Shown here piece after piece: positions 53,235-64,000 of a stretch of 64,000 nucleotides of DNA; positions within the stretch are counted from its first letter, which is position 1; each line of letters begins with the position of its first letter. This DNA is from Eledone cirrhosa (lineage: Eukaryota): assembly GCA_964016885.1 (NCBI GenBank), contig OZ024740.1, positions 342,240,001 through 342,304,000 of the forward strand, given 5' to 3'. The notes beneath the pieces are model-generated. The model worked only from the letters and a program-made list of their open reading frames with translations. It did no database searches and was not told the DNA's origin. The translations under genes were made by a program, and so were the position numbers.

Positions 53235-56200
53235 TTGACAGTAACAAAATACAGGTGTGAGGTATGACAGGTGTTGACAGTAAAAACACACAGGTGTGAG
53301 GTATGACAGGTGTTGACAGTAACAAAATACAGGTGTGAGGTATGACAGGTGTTGACAGTAAAAACACACAGGTGTGAGGTATGACAGGTGTTGACAGTAA
53401 AAACACACAGGTGTGAGGTATGACAGGTGTTGACAGTAACAACTCACAGGTGTGAGGTATGTCAGGTGTTGACAGTAACAAGACACAGGTGTGAGGTATG
53501 TCAGGTGTTGACAGTAACAACTCACAGGTGTGAGGTATGTCAGGTGTTGACAGTAACAACTCACAGGTGTGAGGTATGTCAGGTGTTGACAGTAACAACT
53601 CACAGGTGTGAGGTATGTCAGGTGTTGACAGTAACAACACACAGGTGTGAGGTATGTTAGGTGTTGACAGTAACAACTCACAGGTGTGAGGTATGTCAGG
53701 TGTTGACAGTAACAACACACAGGTGTGAGGTATGTCAGGTGTTGAAAGTAACAACTCACAGGTGTGAGGTATGTCAGATGTTGACAGTAACAACACAGAG
53801 GTGTGAGGTATGTCAGATGTAGACAGTAACAACACACAGGTGTGAGGTATGTCAGGTGTTGACAGTAACAACACACAGGTGTGAGGTATGTCAGGTGTTG
53901 ACAGTAACAACACACAGGTGTGAGGTATGTCAGGTGTTGATAGTAACAAGTCACATGTGTGAGGTATGTCAGGTGTTGACAATAACAACACACAGGTGTG
54001 AGGTATGTTAGGTGTTGACAGTAACAACTCACAGGTGTGAGGTATGTCAGGTGTTGACAGTAACAACATACAGGTGTGAGGTATGTCAGGTGTTGACAAT
54101 AACAACACACAGGTGTGAGGTATGTTAGGTGTTGACAGTAACAACTCACAGGTGTGAGGTATGTCAGGTGTTGACAGTAACAACACACAGGTGTGAGGTA
54201 TGTCAGGTGTTGACAGTAACAACATACAGGTGTGAGGTATGACAGGTGTTGAAAGTAACAACACACAGGTGTGAGGTATGTCAGGTGTTGACAGTAACAA
54301 CATACAGGTGTGAGGTATGTCAGGTGTTGATAGTAACAAGTCACATGTGTGAGGTATGTCAGGTGTTGACAATAACAACACACAGGTGTGAGGTATGTCA
54401 GGTGTTGACAGTAACAACATACAGGTGTGAGGTATGTCAGGTGTTGACAGTAACAACATACAGGTGTGAGGTATGTCAGGTGTTGACAATAACAACACAC
54501 AGGTGTGAGGTATGTCAGGTGTTGACAGTAACAACACACAGGTGTGAGGTATGTCAGGTGTTGACAGTAACAACATACAGGTGTGAGGTATGTCAGGTGT
54601 TGACAGTAACAACACACAGGTGTGAGGTATGTCAGGTGTTGACAATAACAACACACAGGTGTGAGGTATGTCAGGTGTTGACAGTAACAACACACAGGTG
54701 TGAGGTATGTTAGGTGTTGACAGTAACAACTCACAGGTGTGAGGTATGTCAGGTGTTGACAGTAACAACACACAGGTGTGAGGTATGTCAGGTGTTGACA
54801 GTAACAACATACAGGTGTGAGGTATGACAGGTGTTGAAAGTAACAACACACAGGTGTGAGGTATGTCAGGTGTTGACAGTAACAACATACAGGTGTGAGG
54901 TATGTCAGGTGTTGACAGTAACAACATACAGGTGTGAGGTATGTCAGGTGTTGACAATAACAACACACAGGTGTGAGGTATGTCAGGTGTTGACAGTAAC
55001 AACACACAGGTGTGAGGTATGTCAGGTGTTGACAATAACAACACACAGGTGTGAGGTATGTCAGGTGTTGACAGTAACAACACACAGGTGTGAGGTATGT
55101 CAGGTATTGACAGTAACAACACAGAGGTGTGAGGTATGTCAGGTGTTGACTGTAACAACACGGAGGTGTGAGGTATGTCAGGTGTTGACTGTAACAACAC
55201 AGAGGTGTGAGGTATGTCAGGTGTTGACAGTAACAACTCACAGGTGTGAGGTATGTCAGGTGTTGACAGTAACAAGTCACAGGTGTGAGGTATGTCAGGT
55301 GTTGACAGTAACAACATACAGGTGTGAGGTATGTCAGGTGTTGACAGTAACAACTCACAGGTGTCAGTTATGTCAGGTGTTGACAGTAACAAGTCACAGG
55401 TGTGAGGTATGTCAGGTGTTGACAGTAACAACTCACAGGTGTCAGTTATGTCAGGTGTTGACAGTAACAAGTCACAGGTGTGAGGTATGTCAGGTGTTGA
55501 CAGTAACAACACAGAGGTGTGAGGTATGTCAGGTGTTGACAGTAACAACATACAGGTGTGAGGTATGACAGGTGTTGACAGTAACAACTCACAGGTGTGA
55601 GGTATGTCAGGTGTTGACAGTAACAACACACAGGTGTGAGGTATGTCAGGTGTTGACTAACAACTCACAGGTGTGAGGTATGTCAGGTGTTGACAGTAAC
55701 AACACAGAGGTGTGAGGTATGTCAGGTGTTGACAGTAACAACATACAGGTGTGAGGTATGACAGGTGTTGACAGTAACAACTCACAGGTGTGAGGTATGT
55801 CAGGTGTTGACAGTAACAACACACAGGTGTGAGGTATGTCAGGTGTTGACTAACAACTCACAGGTGTGAGGTATGTCAGGTGTTGACAGTAACAACACAC
55901 AGGTGTGAGGTATGTCAGGTGTTGACTAACAACTCACAGGTGTGAGGTATGTCAGGTGTTGACAGTAACAACTCACAGGTGTGAGGTATGTCAGGTGTTG
56001 ACAGTAACAACACACAGGTGTGAGGTATGTCAGGTGTTGACTAACAACTCACAGGTGTGAGGTATGTCAGGTGTTGAAAGTAACAACTCACAGGTGTGAG
56101 GTATGTCAGGTGTTGACAGTAACAACATACAGGTGTGAGGTATGTCAGGTGTTGACAGTAACAACTCACAGGTGTGAGGTATGTCAGGTGTTGACAGTAA

Positions 56201-59200
56201 CAACACAGAGGTGTGAGGTATGTCAGGTGTTGACAGTAACAACACACAGGTGTGAGGTATGACAGGTGTTGACAGTAACAACATACAGGTGTGAGGTATG
56301 TCAGGTGTTGACAGTAACAACTCACAGGTGTGAGGTATGTCAGGTGTTGACAGTAACAACACAGGTGTGAGGTATGACAGGTGTTGACAGTAACAACACA
56401 CATGTGTGAGGTATGTCAGGTGTTGACAGTAACAACTCACAGGTGTGAGGTATGTCAGGTGTTGACAGTAACAACACAGAGGTGTGAGGTATGTCAGGTG
56501 TTGACAGTAACAACACACAGGTGTGAGGTATGTCAGGTGTTGACAGTAACAACACACAGGTGTGAGGTATGTCAGGTGTTGACAGTAACAACATACAGGT
56601 GTGAGGTATGTCAGGTGTTGACAGTAACAACACACAGGTGTGAGGTATGTCAGGTGTTGACAGTAACAACATACAGGTGTGAGGTATGTCAGGTGTTGAC
56701 AGTAACAACTCACAGGTGTGAGGTATGTCAGGTGTTGACAGTAACAACACAGGTGTGAGGTATGTCAGGTGTTGACAGTAACAACACACAGGTGTGAGGT
56801 ATGTCAGGTGTTGACAGTAACAACACACAGGTGTGAGGTATGTCAGGTGTTGACAGTAACAAGACACAGGTGTGAGGTATGTCAGGTGTTGACAGTAACA
56901 AGACACAGGTGTGAGGTATGTCAGGTGTTGACAGTAACAAGACACAGGTGTGAGGTATGTCAGGTGTTGACAGTAACAACACACAGGTGTGAGGTATGTC
57001 AGGTGTTGACAATAACAACACACAGGTGTGAGGTATGTCAGGTGTTGACAGTAACAAGACACAGGTGTGAGGTATGTCAGGTGTTGACAGTAACAAGACA
57101 CAGGTGTGAGGTATGTCAGGTGTTGACAGTAACAAGACACAGGTGTGAGGTATGTCAGGTGTTGACAGTAACAACTCACAGGTGTGAGGTATGTCAGGTG
57201 TTGACAGTAACAAGACACAGGTGTGAGGTATGTCAGGTGTTGACAGTAACAAGACACAGGTGTGAGGTATGTCAGGTGTTGACAGTAACAACACACAGGT
57301 GTGAGGTATGTCAGGTGTTGACAATAACAACACACAGGTGTGAGGTATGTCAGGTGTTGACAATGACAACACACAGGTGTGAGGTATGTCAGGTGTTGAC
57401 AGTAACAACACACAGGTGTGAGGTATGTCAGGTGTTGACAGTAACAAGACACAGGTGTGAGGTATGTCAGGTGTTGACAGTAACAACTCACAGGTGTGAG
57501 GTATGTCAGGTGTTGACAGTAACAACTCACAGGTGTGAGGTATGTCAGGTGTTGACAGTAACAACACACAGGTGTGAGGTATGTCAGGTGTTGACAGTAA
57601 CAACACACAGGTGTGAGGTATGTCAGGTGTTGACAGTAACAAGACACAGGTGTGAGGTATGACAGGTGTTGAAAGTAACAACACACAGGTGTGAGGTATG
57701 TCAGGTGTTGACAGTAACAACATACAGGTGTGAGGTATGTCAGGTGTTGACAGTAACAACACACAGGTGTGAGGTATGTCAGGTGTTGACAGTAACAACA
57801 CACAGGTGTGAGGTATGTCAGGTGTTGACAGTAACAACACACAGGTGTGAGGTATGTCAGGTGTTGACAGTAACAAGACACAGGTGTGAGGTATGACAGG
57901 TGTTGACAGTAACAACTCACAGGTGTGAGGTATGTCAGGTGTTGACAGTAACAACATACAGGTGTGAGGTATGTCAGGTGTTGACAGTAACAAGACACAG
58001 GTGTGAGGTATGACAGGTGTTGACAGTAACAACTCACAGGTGTGAGGTATGTCAGGTGTTGACAGTAACAACATACAGGTGTGAGGTATGTCAGGTGTTG
58101 ACAGTAACAAGACACAGGTGTGAGGTATGACAGGTGTTGACAGTAACAACTCACAGGTGTGAGGTATGTCAGGTGTTGACAGTAACAACATACAGGTGTG
58201 AGGTATGTCAGGTGTTGACAGTAACAAGACACAGGTGTGAGGTATGACAGGTGTTGACAGTAACAACTCACAGGTGTGAGGTATGTCAGGTGTTGACAGT
58301 AACAACTCACAGGTGTGAGGTATGTCAGGTGTTGACAGTAACAACACACAGGTGTGAGGTATGTCAGGTGTTGACAGTAACAACACACAGGTGTGAGGTA
58401 TGTCAGGTGTTGACAGTAACAAGACACAGGTGTGAGGTATGACAGGTGTTGAAAGTAACAACACACAGGTGTGAGGTATGTCAGGTGTTGACAGTAACAA
58501 CATACAGGTGTGAGGTATGTCAGGTGTTGACAGTAACAACACACAGGTGTGAGGTATGTCAGGTGTTGACAGTAACAACTCACAGGTGTGAGGTATGTCA
58601 GGTGTTGACAATAACAACACACAGGTGTGAGGTATGTCAGGTGTTGACAGTAACAACATACAGGTGTGAGGTATGTCAGGTGTTGACAGTAACAACACAC
58701 AGGTGTGAGGTATGTCAGGTGTTGACAGTAACAACATACAGGTGTGAGGTATGTCAGGTGTTGACAGTAACAACACACAGGTGTGAGGTATGTCAGGTGT
58801 TGACAGTAACAACACACAGGTGTGAGGTATGTCAGGTGTTGACAGTAACAACATACAGGTGTGAGGTATGTCAGGTGTTGACAGTAACAACATACAGGTG
58901 TGAGGTATGTCAGGTGTTGACAGTAACATACAGGTGTGAGGTATGTCAGGTGTTGACAGTAACAACTCACAGGTGTGAGGTATGTCAGGTGTTGACAATA
59001 ACAACACACAGGTGTGAGGTATGTCAGGTGTTGACAGTAACAACACACAGGTGTGAGGTATGTCAGGTGTTGACAGTAACAACACACAGGTGTGAGGTAT
59101 GTCAGGTGTTGACAGTAACAACACACAGGTGTGAGGTATGTCAGGTGTTGACAGTAACAACACACAGGTGTGAGGTATGTCAGGTGTTGACAGTAACAAC

Positions 59201-59526
59201 ATACAGGTGTGAGGTATGTCAGGTGTTGACAGTAACAACACACAGGTGTGAGGTATGTCAGGTGTTGACAGTAACAACACACAGGTGTGAGGTATGTCAG
59301 GTGTTGACAGTAACAACTCACAGGTGTGAGGTATGTCAGGTGTTGACAGTAACAACTCACAGGTGTCAGGTATGTCAGGTGTTGACAGTAACAACACACA
59401 GGCGTGAGGTATGTCAGGTGTTGACAGTAACAACACACAGGTGTGAGGTATGTCAGGTTTTTGACAGTAACAACTCACAGGTGTCAGGTATGTCAGGTGT
59501 TGACTGTAACAACACACAGGTGTGAG
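53235..59526. repeat. 39-bp minisatellite array, ~160 units
   Basis: Consensus ACAGGTGTGAGGTATGTCAGGTGTTGACAGTAACAACAC, uninterrupted over ~6.3 kb. Confidence 0.98.
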
Positions 59527-60559
59527 ATATTTGTTTGTCAGGTGTGCTATGAACCATAGCTTCTCATATAGTATCCCTTCCCATATTTTGTGTTGTTACT
59601 GTGGAATGTAACCCCTTCATAATGGTGCTCCCTTCTGTCATGTTGTGGCATTGTTGTTAGTTAGTTTGGCTAATGATTTCAAGTAAGTGAGTTTGATTCC
59701 CATTTGTATGTTCTCTCCTTCAGCAAGACACTTTATTTCAATATTACTACTGTGCATTCACCTGGAAATATTTGTGTTGTAACTGTATTTTGTAGCTCAG
59801 TTTTTGTCACACACTGTTTCATACTGAATCTCCCTGAGGACTATGTCATGTATACATTTTTCTGTAAAATGCTCAGCCATATGCACATTAATTTCATTGT
59901 TTGAATAACTGGAACAATTATTATGAGAATCACACTCATACAGACACACACACAGACACACATAAATACATACATGCACATACAAACACACACACTTAGA
60001 CCCACAAACACTCATATGCACTGACACACACACTCACAGACACAAACACACACATACAAACACACACACTCCGATACACAAACACACACACATACACTCA
60101 CACACACACTGACAGACACACACAAACATTCACACACACTCAGACACAGAAACACACACACACATGCACATACACACTAGCTCGCAGACATACACATTCA
60201 CACACACACAAATGCACACACATACAAAAAAACACACACAGACATAAACCCACATGTACACACACATTCACACACAATCATATACACACTGACACACACA
60301 CACTCTCACAGACACACACACAAACACACATATAAACACTAAGAGATACAACCACACTGTCCAGTTTCACCTCTACATATCAATACACTTTCCTTCCCCC
60401 ATTCTGTATGTTGTTCTTGTTTCTTCTATCTCTTACATTGAGGCGTTTCTTCCTCTACCTTGTGACACAACCTTAATAGAGTTGTTATTACTGTTTTATA
60501 TTATTGGCTCTTTAGCTGCAATTAAGTTGAGTCACTCCAGGTAGAGCCACTACTTTGGA

Positions 60560-60910
60560 GGAATTTAGTAATTGGGGTTCCTTCAAGGGGTCTTTGGAGT
60601 AATGATACTTGATAGAGTGCGTAACTTGGAGATCAGAGAGTCACTCCAGATAGAGCTGATACTTCTCCGAATTGAGAGATTACAGCTCCGATACTATGGA
60701 CATGTGGTTAGAATGTCTCAGGAAAGAATCGCTGGATAGATTTTATGGAGACCTAGGGGTAGACCCCGAGGAAGATAGTTGGATAACATCCATGAGCTTG
60801 GCTGGTCACGCTTAGGGATCCAGCTGGATCAGTTGGAGACGGCTGCTTCTGACAGAACCTGCTGGAAGGAGTGTTTGAGGACTGCCCCCACGGCCCTCCT
60901 AGGAATAAGT
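60560..60910 (+). mobile_element. Old RTE-like 3' fragment
   Basis: ERLQLRYYGHVVRMSQERI...RPRGRPR. Confidence 0.6.
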
Positions 60911-61160
60911 GGGTTTCAATTTCTGTGTGTAATTTAACATAAGTATACTATACTCACACATACACATGTACACACTCAGACATACATGTTCAATCACATG
61001 TACCACAGATACACATGCACACATGCCCTCACATAGCTATAAAAACATGCACACTTACACATATACTCACATGTGTGCAAACATGCAAGTGCAGTCATGC
61101 TGACAGACCTAAAGTGCAATATGTGTGAGCATTTTTTTGTGTGTGTGTGTTTTACATATG

Positions 61161-61666
61161 TACTAGACCACCCGTGACCTGTTGGGTCATATTCACTTAA
61201 AGATATTTTTAAAAATCATGTTCACTTAAAAATAATTTTAAAATAATTAAAATATACACAGACATGTATATAATGTAAAATGAAATTGGCAGGCCTATAT
61301 ATATAACAGTAATGTTATATAGATGTAACAGTAATGCTATATTCGATTAATTGAATCATCTCTCTCTCTTCCATTTTCCTTCTCTGTCTCTCTCTCTCCC
61401 TCTCTCTATGTCTCTCTTTCAATCTACTCTCTCATAACCACTATCTCTTTCTCTCTATCTTTCTCTATCTCTATTTATGAAGGTACCCCGAAAAAATCCT
61501 GTATCTCGGGAACCAGTGCTCAGATTTACGAGAAACTTGTTTTATTCCATTTGCATTCCCATGTCAGGGGCAACTTCCTTTCAAAGTATTTTCCCATTAT
61601 GCACAATGTTGGCTGTATTAAATTACAGACTAGCACACAACCACAGAGTTTTAGTAGTATATAGAT
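61161..61666 (+). mobile_element. Helitron/Helentron-like non-autonomous element
   Basis: Starts TACTAGACCACCCGT, ends GAGTTTTAGTAGTATATAGAT; internal (CT)n. Confidence 0.45.
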
Positions 61667-62559
61667 GTCTATTTACACATGCACACAAGCTTAAGCACAT
61701 AGATGGAGACCAAGAAGCACACATATACTAACATATGCATGCACACATACACACATCACACACCACACACACATCCTCTCCACACACACATCCCACACAC
61801 ACATCCCACACATCACACACAGGCACACATCACACACATATACAACATACCACACACATTACACACCACACCCACATATCAGACACACCACACACATCAC
61901 ACCTACACACCACACACAATACATACACACTAGCCAGTTAGTAACATCAGATAACTATTTCATTAATATATATCAGTAATGGCAGTTATCTAGGATGGGT
62001 GTTTATCAGTAATTTAATGGTCATAGTTGGTCATAGCTGGTCATAGTTTCACTGCTCTGACGTCATTGGGCTTACTCTCTTTTAATGTAGTTTTTACTTT
62101 AGAGAAAAACATAGGATGGTCACAATTGATCATTGATTAGTCTGCTGGATCAGAGCTAACTTCAGGCCACAGCAAGGATAGATACATTATCTAATGTAGA
62201 CCCTAGGTACACTTTGTGGTTCAGGGACAACTGAAGGACAAATGTCTTCCATCATCATCATCATCATCATCATAATTTCAGGTCTGTTTTTCCTGCTAGC
62301 AAGAGTTAGGTGTGTCTTCACAATCAAGACCTTACTTAAACAGGGCTACTGATTTCTTAAATAGTCTGGGGGCCTGCATCTTGCTTATATATGATCCAGC
62401 GCTTTCCCAAATGCATTTTATTATGACACTAGTACAAGGAATATTGTCATGTCTTTGACACAACTGAAGGGTCCTCTCAACCCTTTGTTTAGCAAACCCT
62501 TTATTCATTACTAGCAGTGGTATCCGACATTGCACAGGATAAGGTATTTTGGAACACGG

Positions 62560-63138
62560 GCCGCCAACAGACCTAATCATGGAAAAACTGCATGCCTGGA
62601 CAATATGTAAAGAAAATAAACCGAATACTCTGATGGCTGAATAATCTTTAAGATTTTCCTCGATGAAGCAGGAAAAATGCAGGTTTTCACCTAATGCGGG
62701 CCCTAGGGAATCAAGTAAATGAATTTTTTTTATGTGCATAATATGCCTTGAAATTTCGGCTAGACATAATGCCTCAAAAAAGCCCTAAAAAGCTGAAAAA
62801 ATGAAGTTTTTCACCTAATGCGGGCTCTAGGCCATAAAAAAGTTGGATTTTCTTTGCTCACGGTATGAAGAAGAGACTGACTAAACATAGTTACAATTTC
62901 AAGGAAATCGGTCTGCTGTAACATCTAAAAAAAAAACCTATAAAGCTGAAAAAACGCAGTTTTTCACCTAATTGATCAAAAAGTTGAATTTTATGTGCAT
63001 AACACTCCATGAAACATAAGTAATACACATGTAAAGTTTGAAAAAAATTGGTTGGGTACTTCTCGAATTTTAGGGATTAAAACTCACACACACACACACA
63101 CGCACAGACAGACATCTTCAGTTTTATATATATAGATT
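62560..63138 (+). mobile_element. Helentron/DINE-like non-autonomous element with internal repeats
   Basis: Ends (CA)n-CAGACAGACA-TCTTCAGTTTTATATATATAGAT; three copies of GAAAAATGCAGGTTTTCACCTAAT at ~62670, 62795 and 62948. Confidence 0.55.
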
Positions 63139-63161
63139 ATCAAACAGTTGTGGTTAGCAGT

Positions 63162-63289
63162 CAGTGCCGAATTTAGGACAAATGAGGCCCTGTGCTAGTT
63201 AAGTTATAGCTATGAGGCCCCTGAAAGAGGTAAAATATCTTTTTGGCAGGAAGATGCCCAGCCCCTGGCCAATGGTAAATCTGGCACTG
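63162..63289. mobile_element. hAT MITE
   Basis: TIRs CAGTGCCGAATTTA / TAAATCTGGCACTG with perfect 8-bp TSD TTAGCAGT. Confidence 0.88.
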
Positions 63290-64000
63290 TTAGCAGTATA
63301 CTTCATTTCACTCCTAAGTAAAGACACAATTTTATTTATTTCACCTGGGATCAATATTTGGTTATAGCGTAGCTATGTGGCTAAAATGTCAGCTCAGCCA
63401 CCGTATTGTTCTGAGTCTGAACATACATAAAGTACATTGGGTGACCTCTACTTAATGCGCTGTGAGTGAAATTTGGTTGCTGAAAATTGTGCAGAAGTAT
63501 ATCAAGTACTTGTATGTGTGGGTATATGTGTATGTCCCATGTATAATCATACCTAGAATCAGCCAAACATTAACTGAATTAGCAGAAAAATCACTCTTCG
63601 AGCAGTGTGCATATTGATATTATACGTAAATATATATGCATGTAGATATGATATGTCAAATAAAATCCTAATTGACAATATGCACAGAAATTGAAGAGAG
63701 ATTGTGTTACACTCTCTTCTGTAATCAGTAAAGTAATCCATGATACGTTTAAAAAAGACAATATTATATATAAACTACATTACGGTGAAATGTAATGAAA
63801 ATGAAAAAGGAGAAAATTAGTGTCAGAAATATAAACATTATGATATAACGATGTAAATATATGAACGTTTATATAAGCGATATGATATAGCGTACGTCAT
63901 ATCATAACCAGAAGTATTGACATTTGAAAATTTTAAAAGAAGTGAATCTTAAAATAAGCAATCATTATATATAAGAATATTTATATAAGAAACCATTATA

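Noticed and set aside
53196-59525. Very long ORFs (up to 1032 aa; CCYCQHLTYLTPV, LLLSTPDIPHTC, THRCEVCQVLTV)
   Set aside because: By-products of a 39-bp (13-codon) unit that is open in several frames on both strands. Frame-breaking indels occur, there are no unique termini, and C2H2 spacing is absent.
53235-59526. CRISPR array
   Set aside because: No unique spacers, no cas genes, eukaryotic context.

Overview
This is AT-rich, microsatellite-dense eukaryotic DNA. The SINE/LINE content suggests an octopus-like cephalopod, which is inference only. No host protein-coding gene could be supported. The window is almost entirely transposon relics: Penelope-like elements (PLEs: RT + C-terminal GIY-YIG), RTE, CR1, Tx1/L1, Ingi-like and RLE-type LINE fragments, three tRNA-derived SINE families, hAT MITEs, Helitron/Helentron-like elements and a 6.3-kb array of a 39-bp repeat. 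The main feature is a 9.3-kb near-perfect palindrome (17493-26777, 6-nt loop). It consists of two head-to-head, 5'-truncated copies of a PLE, each ending in a hammerhead ribozyme (HHR) and embedded in (AT)n. The same fold-back geometry recurs at small scale in several HHR-bearing terminal-repeat (pLTR) hairpins within (AT)n tracts. Eleven well-formed or recognisably degenerate minimal type I HHR motifs, plus one weak HHR-like core, were read by eye. Together these suggest a microsatellite-targeting, hairpin-generating PLE/ribozyme system. All alignments were done by eye, so coordinates of degenerate elements are approximate.
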